From Thermodesulfobacteriota bacterium (GTDB lineage: Bacteria; Desulfobacterota_D; UBA1144; Nemesobacterales; UBA2774), in assembly GCA_965223335.1 (NCBI GenBank), contig OZ244991.1, positions 1,536,001 to 1,600,000 of the forward strand: a DNA stretch of 64,000 nt, given 5' to 3'. Positions 12,006 to 23,221 of this stretch are shown here, piece by piece. Numbering within the stretch: the stretch's first letter is position 1; each line of letters begins with the position of its first letter. The position numbers were made by a program, and so were the translations under genes. Under the pieces are notes generated by a model. That model did no database searches. It was not told the origin of the DNA and saw only the letters and a list, made by a program, of their open reading frames with translations.

Positions 12006-13597
12006 GAGCATCCAGAGGTTGGCTACTTACAATATCGCTTATTTCCCTACTTTCTATAATTCTATTAGCCCCAACATTTGCTGGTGACAGCCTGCCCGGT
12101 TGGTGGGGCAAATTGTTCCCCGACAGGGGTGTGCGCCTTGGTCTTGATTTAAGGGGGGGCATATTTCTGCTCTTGGGTGTGGATGCCGACAAAGCTGTGG
12201 AACACGAGCTCAACACCACAAACGATCAGATGGAGGAGCAGTTAAAAAACGAGAACATCCAAATAAAGAGTGATTCAATCTCGGGCAAGACCCTTACGCT
12301 CGATTTTAACAGTGAAGCCGACCTCAAAAAAGCACGTGAACTGGCCTCGACCTTCGAACAGGGGTCGAGCGTTCAGGAGGATGGGCTGGCGCTCAAATTC
12401 ACCCTAAATGACAACACTATCCAAGAAATCCAAAGAGGTGCGATCGACCAGGTAAAGCAGGTCCTAGAGAACAGGGCCCAGGAACTGGGTCTGGTCGAGC
12501 CGTCTATACAGCGTGCAGGTGCTGATAGGATACTGATACAGGTCCCTGGTGCTTCGGAGAAAGACCGCCAGCGTATTATCGATATCATAAGGCGCGCCGC
12601 GGTGCTCGAGTTCAAGATTGTAAAAGACGCCGGGCCTACAGAAGAGTTTGTGCTTGCAAAACTAAACGTAGAATCCCCAGACCAGCTCTCGGATCAGGGT
12701 CTGGCCCTACACGAGGGCGATACGGGCAATGAAAATGAAAAGTTTTTCATCACGACAGAGAAACCCGGTGTAACAGGGGAATACCTGTCGGACGCCAGGC
12801 TTATATTCGATGAATACGGTAGGCCTGCAGTGGGGTTTAGCTTCCGTGGCGAGGGGGCAAACCAATTCGGATTATTAACTGAAGCCAATATTAACAAACG
12901 GCTTGCAATCGTGCTAGACGGTGAGATTCAGTCGGCCCCTAATATCGAGGAGCGGATCGGGGGCCAGGGCAGGATCACAGGTACGTTCACCACGGATGAG
13001 GCAAGGGACCTGGCACTGATGCTAAGGTCGGGAGCGCTCCCGGTGCCTGTGGACATCGAGCAGGAGAGGACGGTGGGGCCGTCTTTGGGTAAGGACTCCA
13101 TTGAGAAGGGCAAGATGTCGATGATCGTCGGCGGAATTCTGGTAATGATATTCATGGTGTTTTATTACAGGTTCCAAGGCGTCATTGCCGATATTGCGCT
13201 TGTACTAAACATGCTATTTATACTCGGGTTTTTATCTGCGTTTGGTGTAACGTTAACACTGCCCGGAATCGCAGGGCTTGTGCTCACACTGGGTATGGCG
13301 GTGGATGGAAACATTATTATATTCGAGCGTATAAAAGAGGAGCTGGCTGGTGGTAAGACGGGTCTTGCGGCTATAGATGCAGGATATGGCAGGTCGCTTT
13401 GGACAGTGCTCGATGCAAACATCACTACACTGATCACGGCCATTATACTCTTTTGGTTCGGCACAGGGCCCATAAAGGGTTTTGCCGCTACCTTAACAAT
13501 CGGTATTTTGTCCACGGTGTTTAGCAATGTGATTGTGGCGAGAGTTATAACAAGCTACTTTTATCAGGACAAAAGAGTGCAGGAGTTGAGCATCTAG
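12002..13597 (+). CDS. secD: Protein translocase subunit SecD
   Basis: LGLDLRGG, LRSGALP, VGPSLG, GMAVDGNIIIFERIKEE, DANITT. Confidence 0.97.
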   Translation: MRASRGWLLTISLISLLSIILLAPTFAGDSLPGWWGKLFPDRGVRLGLDLRGGIFLLLGVDADKAVEHELNTTNDQMEEQLKNENIQIKSDSISGKTLTLDFNSEADLKKARELASTFEQGSSVQEDGLALKFTLNDNTIQEIQRGAIDQVKQVLENRAQELGLVEPSIQRAGADRILIQVPGASEKDRQRIIDIIRRAAVLEFKIVKDAGPTEEFVLAKLNVESPDQLSDQGLALHEGDTGNENEKFFITTEKPGVTGEYLSDARLIFDEYGRPAVGFSFRGEGANQFGLLTEANINKRLAIVLDGEIQSAPNIEERIGGQGRITGTFTTDEARDLALMLRSGALPVPVDIEQERTVGPSLGKDSIEKGKMSMIVGGILVMIFMVFYYRFQGVIADIALVLNMLFILGFLSAFGVTLTLPGIAGLVLTLGMAVDGNIIIFERIKEELAGGKTGLAAIDAGYGRSLWTVLDANITTLITAIILFWFGTGPIKGFAATLTIGILSTVFSNVIVARVITSYFYQDKRVQELSI

Positions 13598-13624
13598 TCC
13601 CACCCCTTGGAGGAGGTTTTTACA

Positions 13625-14542
13625 TTGGAGCTTATTAAGCCCGGAACTCAAATAGATTTTGTTAGCAAGATGAGAAAGGCCGTCTATGTGTCGGGCCTGC
13701 TCATACTACTCTCACTCATATCTTTGATATACCATAAGGGCCCAAACTGGGGAGTGGAGTTTACTGGTGGGACGGAGATTCACATAAAGCTTGCGCAAGA
13801 TGCCGATGCTGTCCAGCTAAAAGAGGCTCTAGAGGATACGGGTTATGAGCCCGAGGCCATACAGAGTCTTGGACTGCCGGGTGACAATGAGTATTTAATC
13901 AGGTTTTCTCCCGATTTGGTAAGCTTCGATCAGATCCAGGAGTTTCAAAAGGAGCTTAACGTACTTATTGAGAAAAACCCTCTTTTAAAGGGTGCGTCGG
14001 TGCTTAGGGTCGACTACATCGGTCCACGTGTAGGGGGCGAGTTAATCAGAAAAGCCATCCTTGCAATCCTGCTTGGATGTGTGGGGATACTTATATATGT
14101 GATGTTTCGGTTTGAGCTCAGTTTTGCTATGGGTGCGGTGCTGGCGCTACTTCACGACACGATTATTACGCTCGGCGCGATCTCTTTTACTAATATAGAG
14201 TTTACACTGGCCATTGTGGCCGCACTGCTCACCGTGATCGGGTACTCGGTAAACGACACGATTGTTATATTTGACCGTATTCGAGAGAACCTCAAAAAAG
14301 GTGGCAAGGGTGATTTCAGTACAGTTGTGAATACTGGGATCAACCAAACATTATCCAGAACAATTCTAACGAGTGTTACGGTGTTCTTGGTGCTGCTGCC
14401 CCTCTATTTCCTTGGAGGGTCGGTCATTCACGATTTTGCGTTTACGCTTATTATTGGTGTAATTATAGGTACTTACTCGTCTATATTTGTAGCCAGCGCT
14501 TTTCTCGTTTATTGGAGAGGCAGAAAAGGGGCAAAAACTTAA
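13625..14542 (+). CDS. secF: Protein translocase subunit SecF
   Basis: GVEFTGG, GYSVNDTIVIFDRIRE, TLSRT, GTYSSIFVA; TTG start after GGAGGAGG. Confidence 0.97.
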   Translation: MELIKPGTQIDFVSKMRKAVYVSGLLILLSLISLIYHKGPNWGVEFTGGTEIHIKLAQDADAVQLKEALEDTGYEPEAIQSLGLPGDNEYLIRFSPDLVSFDQIQEFQKELNVLIEKNPLLKGASVLRVDYIGPRVGGELIRKAILAILLGCVGILIYVMFRFELSFAMGAVLALLHDTIITLGAISFTNIEFTLAIVAALLTVIGYSVNDTIVIFDRIRENLKKGGKGDFSTVVNTGINQTLSRTILTSVTVFLVLLPLYFLGGSVIHDFAFTLIIGVIIGTYSSIFVASAFLVYWRGRKGAKT

Positions 14543-14580
14543 CCCCGGTGTTTGTTAAGCTCAATTTTCTCTAGCTCGTT

Positions 14581-15090
14581 ATGATCGACTATGTGGTTTT
14601 AGCAGTATTTTTACTTGTCGCACTCATCGGATTAATTTCCCTTATTTTCGGGTTGCCGGGCAATTTGATAATTTTAGCTGACTCTGTTTTATACGGCTGG
14701 TACGGTAACTTTACTAAGATAACTGTAAGCACGATTATAATACTTGCGGCACTGGCGCTGCTTGCCGAGGTCATAGAGTTTGTGATGGGCATTATCGGAT
14801 CCAAGAGGTATAGGTCATCAAACAGGGCAATAGTGGGATCGATTGTGTTCGGAGTATTCGGAGCCATACTGGGTGCTCCGATATTTTGGGGAATAGGTTC
14901 TTTGATAGGGGCGTTTGTGGGTGCGTTTTTCGGGGCTTTTGTCGTAGAGGTTTCGTATGGTAAGAGACTTAAAGAGGCCATAGATTCGGGGTGGGGGGCA
15001 CTGCTGGGCAGGGTAGGCGGTACGATTGTAAAGGGTATATTTAGTGTTGCGATGATTGTAGTAGCTGTCGTATCAATATTAGGGTTTTAG
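14581..15090 (+). CDS. DUF456 family membrane protein
   Basis: Gly-rich hydrophobic helices, GLPG, GAFVGAFFGAFVVE pattern. Confidence 0.8.
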   Translation: MIDYVVLAVFLLVALIGLISLIFGLPGNLIILADSVLYGWYGNFTKITVSTIIILAALALLAEVIEFVMGIIGSKRYRSSNRAIVGSIVFGVFGAILGAPIFWGIGSLIGAFVGAFFGAFVVEVSYGKRLKEAIDSGWGALLGRVGGTIVKGIFSVAMIVVAVVSILGF

Positions 15091-15093
15091 CAT

Positions 15094-16113
15094 ATGAAAG
15101 AGAAACTAGAGGAAGTAAAGGATTTGGCAATTAAAGAGGTACAAGGGGTTAAGGACGAGGCTATGCTCCTTAACCTAAAGGCCCGTTTTGTGGGTAAGAA
15201 GGGTGTGATTACAGATATTTTAAAGGGGATGAAGGACGTTGCGAAAGAGGATCGCCCCCAGATGGGCAAGCTTGTAAACGAGGCCAAGCAGTATATAGAA
15301 GATGCCATAGACAATAAATTACAAGAGATTAAAGACCAGAGGAAACAAAAGGCACTCAAAGAGCAAAGAGTGGATGTAACACTGCCCGGCAGGGGATTCC
15401 CCTCGGGCGCTAAACACCCTGTAACACAGGTAATGGACGAGATAATAGATGTGTTTGTGCGTATGGGGTTTAACGTAGCCGAGGGCCCCGAGATTGAGAC
15501 TGATTACTACAACTTTGAGGCACTCAACATCCCAAAAAACCATCCTGCACGCGATATGCAGGACACGTTCTATGTCACAAACGACATTGTGCTTAGGACC
15601 CATACCTCACCGGTACAGATAAGGGTAATGGAAATGCAACCCCCGCCGCTAAAAATCATAGCCCCCGGGCGAGTGTACAGGTGCGACAGCGATGTCTCTC
15701 ACACCCCGATGTTCCACCAGATCGAGGGTCTGCTTGTGGACAAGGGGATCACATTCGGGGACCTAAAGGGTGTGCTTACCGAGTTTCTGACACATGTGTT
15801 CGGCGGTGGATTGGGGGTGCGGTTCAGACCTAGTTTCTTCCCGTTCACAGAGCCCAGTGCCGAGGTGGATATAGAGTGTGTCATTTGCGGGGGCAAGGGA
15901 TGTCGGGTGTGCAAGGACACGGGTTGGCTAGAGATACTCGGGTGTGGGATGGTGGATCCCGAGGTTTTCAAGAGTGTCGGTTACGATTCCGAAACCTATA
16001 CGGGGTTTGCATTCGGCATGGGAATAGAACGCATCACTATGCTTAAGTTCGGGATCAACGACATAAGGCTATTCTTTGAGAACGATATACGATTTCTAAA
16101 ACAGTTTGTATAA
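15094..16113 (+). CDS. pheS: Phenylalanine--tRNA ligase subunit alpha
   Basis: HPARDMQDTF, LRTHTSPVQ, FRPSFFPFTEPS, GFAFGMGIER. Confidence 0.98.
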   Translation: MKEKLEEVKDLAIKEVQGVKDEAMLLNLKARFVGKKGVITDILKGMKDVAKEDRPQMGKLVNEAKQYIEDAIDNKLQEIKDQRKQKALKEQRVDVTLPGRGFPSGAKHPVTQVMDEIIDVFVRMGFNVAEGPEIETDYYNFEALNIPKNHPARDMQDTFYVTNDIVLRTHTSPVQIRVMEMQPPPLKIIAPGRVYRCDSDVSHTPMFHQIEGLLVDKGITFGDLKGVLTEFLTHVFGGGLGVRFRPSFFPFTEPSAEVDIECVICGGKGCRVCKDTGWLEILGCGMVDPEVFKSVGYDSETYTGFAFGMGIERITMLKFGINDIRLFFENDIRFLKQFV

Positions 16114-16173
16114 GAAAGACAATATCGGTAGGTTAGGCACAAAACAATTGATCAATACTAAGGAGCGTATATT

Positions 16174-16728
16174 ATGGGCGTAAAACCAGATCATTGGATT
16201 AGAAAAATGGCTACGGAAGAAAGCATGATAGAGCCGTTTGTCGACGGGCAGGTAAGAGAGGGGTCAATATCGTACGGGCTCTCGGCCTACGGTTACGATA
16301 TACGCGTGAGTGACGAGTTTAAGGTGTTTACGAACGTTCATAACACTGTAGTTGACCCTAAGGAGTTTGACGACAGGTCGTTTGTCGAGATCAAAGCCGA
16401 TCTCTGTATGATCCCGCCCAACTCATTTGCGCTTGCACGTACAGTGGAGTATTTCAAGATCCCTCGCAGCGTGATTACACTTTGTGTCGGTAAGTCCACT
16501 TATGCGCGTTGCGGTATAATAGTGAACGTTACACCATTTGAGCCCGAGTGGGAGGGTTTTGTTACACTCGAGATATCCAATACAACCCCGCTACCGGCAA
16601 AAATTTACGCCAACGAGGGGATTGCTCAGGTTCTGTTTTTCGAGGCTGACGAGCTCTGCGAAGTGTCCTATGCGGATAAAAAAGGCAAGTATCAAAACCA
16701 GGTCGGCATCACACCACCCAAGGTATAG
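16174..16728 (+). CDS. dcd: dCTP deaminase
   Basis: [44 protein letters not shown]. Confidence 0.96.
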   Translation: MGVKPDHWIRKMATEESMIEPFVDGQVREGSISYGLSAYGYDIRVSDEFKVFTNVHNTVVDPKEFDDRSFVEIKADLCMIPPNSFALARTVEYFKIPRSVITLCVGKSTYARCGIIVNVTPFEPEWEGFVTLEISNTTPLPAKIYANEGIAQVLFFEADELCEVSYADKKGKYQNQVGITPPKV

Positions 16729-16857
16729 AATGCCAGAGGCACGTAGCGTGCATTGCCTAGATTCGATTTATAATTTTTTGGTGTGATTACTGAGATTTAT
16801 AGAACAATTATAATCTATAAAAATAGCTTTATTTTATTATACTTTAGGCTTTCCGCA

Positions 16858-16866
16858 TGGTATAAT
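16858..16866 (+). promoter_or_regulatory. Extended -10 promoter element (TGnTATAAT) upstream of gyrB
   Basis: Exact TGGTATAAT in an AT-rich intergenic region, followed by GGAGGT SD and TTG start. Confidence 0.6.
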
Positions 16867-16899
16867 TGAGTGTTCCCAATATGTACATGGAGGTCTTAA

Positions 16900-19368
<2,469 letters not shown>

Positions 19369-19484
19369 AGCGTAAACTTCGCAACGTGCAGTTATTACAG
19401 CATAATATTTGGTTTCCATCCATAGTAAATCTTTGTTTTTCAATAATTCGGACCCTTTGTTTTTTCACTTATACTATATGTAAC

Positions 19485-20186
19485 ATGCTCATTAAGTTGA
19501 TTGATCTGTTTAAGAGTGTTTTTGTGTTGATAATTCCCAAGCGCATTCGGCGGTCCGGAGTTCTGCAGAATCTATATAGAAGGGTTCGCTCCGCTGTGGG
19601 TGGGCATGATGAGATTTATGATGCTAATTTTTACCGTGAACGAGAGAGTGGTGCCAGGAGTAGCGCCGCTGTAATAGCGCAATCGATAGTGAGTGATCTA
19701 AGACCCTCGTCAGTCCTTGATGTGGGGTGTGGGAGTGGGGAGCTTTTGGAGGAATTAGAGCTACAGGGCGTAAGAGCTATGGGCTTGGAACGATCGGAGG
19801 CAGTGTTGGGGTGCGCTGAGACTAAAGAGCTCAATATATTGAAATTCGATCTCACAAAAGACGAATTTGAGTATGACGGGGGATTTGATCTGGTCGTGAG
19901 TTTGGAGGTAGCGGAACACTTGGCAGAGAAATACGCAGATAGGTTTTTGGATCTGCTTACAAAGTTTGGGGCCGATGTGGTGTTTTCGGCTGCGGTCCCC
20001 GGGCAGGGCGGTACAGACCACCTGAACGAACAACCTCACGAGTATTGGATAGATAAGTTTCAGAAAAGGGGTTTTGAACACGACAACGAAATCTCTAAGC
20101 GGTGGAAAGAAAGATGGAAAGAATCCAACCAAGTTAAGAACTATTATTATAACAACATCATGGTGTTCCGGTCTAAAGGACTGTAG
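19485..20186 (+). CDS. Class I SAM-dependent methyltransferase
   Basis: VLDVGCGSG, FDLVVSLEVAEHL, FSAAVPGQGG.H.NEQ; start moved to ATG 19485. Confidence 0.85.
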   Translation: MLIKLIDLFKSVFVLIIPKRIRRSGVLQNLYRRVRSAVGGHDEIYDANFYRERESGARSSAAVIAQSIVSDLRPSSVLDVGCGSGELLEELELQGVRAMGLERSEAVLGCAETKELNILKFDLTKDEFEYDGGFDLVVSLEVAEHLAEKYADRFLDLLTKFGADVVFSAAVPGQGGTDHLNEQPHEYWIDKFQKRGFEHDNEISKRWKERWKESNQVKNYYYNNIMVFRSKGL

Positions 20187-20222
20187 CTATGTGATCGGTA
20201 CTTGCGGCTCGCGGTCAAAACA

Positions 20223-21275
20223 TTATAGATGGTCACTGAATACTATAAATGCACTTGTAAGTATGATGTTGGCAACTGCTATCGGGAACAATATTTTCCA
20301 GCCCAGGTTCATAACCTGATCGTATCGGAAACGCGGCAGCGTAAAACGTACCCAAATAAAGAAGAATAAGAATGTAAGCACCTTACCGATAAATACCAGC
20401 GGTGGCAGGTACCAATGAGTTTCGATATCAATACTGCCCCAACCAACAAACGGCAATGGATACCAGCCCCCGAAGAATAGCGCTACTACAAGGCACGATA
20501 CCACTATCATGTGCGTGTACTCGGCCATAAAAAACATTGCAAACTTCATGCTGCTATACTCTGTATGATAACCGGCTACAATCTCGGGCTCGGCCTCGGG
20601 CATATCGAATGGTAAGCGATTAGTTTCTGCAAACGCTGCGATTAAAAATACTAAAAAACCGAAAAACTGTGTGATGACAAACCAGTATTTTGTTTGAGCC
20701 TCGACTATGTCCTCTAGCCTAAGAGAGCCTGTAATGGCTATCACCCCTAGTATCGCCATTCCCATCGCAAGCTCGTAGCTTATCATCTGAGCCGCACCCC
20801 TTAACCCACCCAAAAACGAGTATTTGCTGTTGGATGCCCAACCCCCGAGTACCACTCCATACACGCTTAGCGAGCCTATGGCCAATATATACAACACCCC
20901 GACGTTGATGTCGGCGATCTGCAATTTTACGAATATCGGTTCTCTGAGCAGTCCCATTAGATCTGTATGGAAACCGTAGCCTATGGGCACCACGGCTAGT
21001 GCAATAATAGCTGTAACGAGTGCAAACCCCGGAGCTATTATATAGAACTTTTTATCTACATGGTCAGGGATGATGTCTTCTTTAAATATAAATTTCACAC
21101 CGTCGGCAAGGGGTTGGAGCAGGCCGAATGGGCCCACCCTGTTGGGGCCGAGCCGGTCCTGTATAAATGCGCTCACCCGTCTCTCGGCAAATGTCAGGTA
21201 TGCGACTAATGTTAGCACTACAAACAGTACTAAAGCTATCTTGGTTAATGCGATGCTTACTTCAATCCAAGGCAT
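20223..21275 (-). CDS. nuoH: NADH-quinone oxidoreductase subunit H
   Basis: ERRVSAFIQDRLGPNRVG, AQMISYE, AETNRLPFD, GYHTEYS, PRFRYDQ. Confidence 0.97.
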   Translation of the reverse strand: MPWIEVSIALTKIALVLFVVLTLVAYLTFAERRVSAFIQDRLGPNRVGPFGLLQPLADGVKFIFKEDIIPDHVDKKFYIIAPGFALVTAIIALAVVPIGYGFHTDLMGLLREPIFVKLQIADINVGVLYILAIGSLSVYGVVLGGWASNSKYSFLGGLRGAAQMISYELAMGMAILGVIAITGSLRLEDIVEAQTKYWFVITQFFGFLVFLIAAFAETNRLPFDMPEAEPEIVAGYHTEYSSMKFAMFFMAEYTHMIVVSCLVVALFFGGWYPLPFVGWGSIDIETHWYLPPLVFIGKVLTFLFFFIWVRFTLPRFRYDQVMNLGWKILFPIAVANIILTSAFIVFSDHL

Positions 21276-21288
21276 AATTCACTCGTAG

Positions 21289-22896
21289 TTATTGTGACGG
21301 CACCGTTTTGTTAGTACCGAGTTCTCCTATTATTTCATGGTTAAGCCCGCTGTACTCGGGCAACGATTGTGCAATCTCGTCCATTATTTCAGATGTATTT
21401 TGATACGTGAAACCGAAATCCTGAAAATATTGTCCAATTAAGCATAGTATTTCCCAGTCCGCTTTAGCTATTCCGGGTGGCTCGATGGCTTTTCTTATTC
21501 GCTGTATCCTGCCTCTATCATTTGTAAAAGTGCCGTCTTTTTCGTAAGGGCTTGCACCCGGCAAGATTACGTGGGCGTATTTTGCGGTTTCTGTCATCTT
21601 GTAGTCCTGGACCACAAGGCCGTTTAGCTTAGCGAGATTATTTCTTAGCCTCTCGTGCTCGTCTTCGGTTACAAGCTTAAATAGGTCCGCACCACATATA
21701 TAGAGTGCTTTTAGATTGCCCTCCAATAGATCGTTTAGGACTTGGGGCAAGATATTGGCTCCATTTACAAGCCCAAAGTCCATTACCCCTGCAGAGTTCG
21801 GATAGGGGTCCGAGCTTATGAGACCGTGCAGTTTTTCCCTGTCTTGAACACCTACTTCTGAGCTGAGATTTTCTATCTTGGTTACATGTGAGATCTTTTT
21901 TAACAGGTATATCTCTTCGTTGGTCAGCGTGGGGGCACCAATTATGGCTGAGTAGACCGGATATGTATCCGAAGCCGATCTCAATATAGAACCCGCTGCA
22001 TCCACTGCCGCATCCCAACTTGTTACCTCGTATCCGTTATCACCCCGTATTATAGGGTCACGGAGTCGAAGGGGGTTTTCTTGAATATCCTCAAAACCAT
22101 AGCGTCCCCGATCACAGATCCAATAGCCGTTAACATCGGTGTTTACCCTGGGCCTTACTCGCGATACCTTGCCCTTCCTCGGGTCGACCCCTACAGTTAT
22201 ATTGCATCCGTTACTGCATAGCGAACACACACTGTCTGCAAACTCCCAGTACCATACCCTCTCTTTGTGTAATGTGCTTTTATCTAGCAATGCTCCTACA
22301 GGGCAGATATCCGTTACGTTGCCCGCAAGCTCATTGTCAAGCGGTTTCCCCGGGAACACCGCAATCTTCTTTCTAAAACCCCGGCCCTCGTAACCGAGCT
22401 CACCGGTTTTAGTTATTTCGTCAGTGAACCGTATGCACCTTGTGCACATTATGCATCTATTGGGGTCATATAAAATCTGCTCACTTAGATAGTATTTTCT
22501 TCTGACCTTTTTTTCTTCAGGGCCCTCAAACCGGCTTTTGCCCGGGCCGTGCCCTACTGTGGTTAACTGAAGGGGGCACTCCCCGCCCTTATCGCATATA
22601 GGGCAGTCCAAGGGGTGATTGATAAGGGTAAACTCGACTGTGGCCTCACGGGCTTTGAGTGCCTTGGTAGAGTCGGTTTTAACAATGAGCCCTTCCCTAA
22701 CGTATGTATTGCACGCAGGCATAACCTTGGGCACGCCTTCAATCTCTACCAAGCATTGTCTGCATTGGGCCACAACGCTAAGTGCGGGATGATAGCAAAA
22801 ATGTGGTATTTCAACGCCTACTCTCGAGGCGGCCTCTATGATGTTAAGACCATCTTCTACGGTAATTTCTTTGCCATCTATTATTAATGTGGGCAT
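21289..22896 (-). CDS. nuoG: NADH-quinone oxidoreductase subunit G (short, 535 aa)
   Basis: IPHFCYHP, CRQCLVE, NHPLDCPICDKGGECPLQ, CIMCTRC, CPVGAL, CSLCSNGC; adjacent to nuoH. Confidence 0.9.
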   Translation of the reverse strand: MPTLIIDGKEITVEDGLNIIEAASRVGVEIPHFCYHPALSVVAQCRQCLVEIEGVPKVMPACNTYVREGLIVKTDSTKALKAREATVEFTLINHPLDCPICDKGGECPLQLTTVGHGPGKSRFEGPEEKKVRRKYYLSEQILYDPNRCIMCTRCIRFTDEITKTGELGYEGRGFRKKIAVFPGKPLDNELAGNVTDICPVGALLDKSTLHKERVWYWEFADSVCSLCSNGCNITVGVDPRKGKVSRVRPRVNTDVNGYWICDRGRYGFEDIQENPLRLRDPIIRGDNGYEVTSWDAAVDAAGSILRSASDTYPVYSAIIGAPTLTNEEIYLLKKISHVTKIENLSSEVGVQDREKLHGLISSDPYPNSAGVMDFGLVNGANILPQVLNDLLEGNLKALYICGADLFKLVTEDEHERLRNNLAKLNGLVVQDYKMTETAKYAHVILPGASPYEKDGTFTNDRGRIQRIRKAIEPPGIAKADWEILCLIGQYFQDFGFTYQNTSEIMDEIAQSLPEYSGLNHEIIGELGTNKTVPSQ

Positions 22897-23221
22897 TGGA
22901 GTGTCCGGGGATGTAAAGTCCAGAAAATACTATCTGACCAACATGCTGTTAGCAATACTAAAAAGATAAATTATTGGTAAAGACTACCGTGTTAATGGGT
23001 ATTGGTTTTTTCATAAGAATGTATGGTTTGTTGATCAGATGCAATGGTATTATATTTTATAAATAGGGGTGTTCGATAGTTTGTTTTTAGAAAACACATT
23101 ATCTATAGATGTATATAAATATATACATGTAATTGAGCGTAAGATCTGGTAAATTATTGTGATTAGTGTGTGAGGACATCGCTGGGTTCACCGCGAGAGG
23201 CAGCTTGGATAATATACTGTT

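Noticed and set aside
15880..15915. CxxC...CxxC insertion in PheS
   Set aside because: A common feature of PheS in many bacterial lineages.
23031..23044. FNR-like site TTGATcagaTGCAA
   Set aside because: The second half-site matches ATCAA at only 3 of 5 positions in AT-rich DNA.
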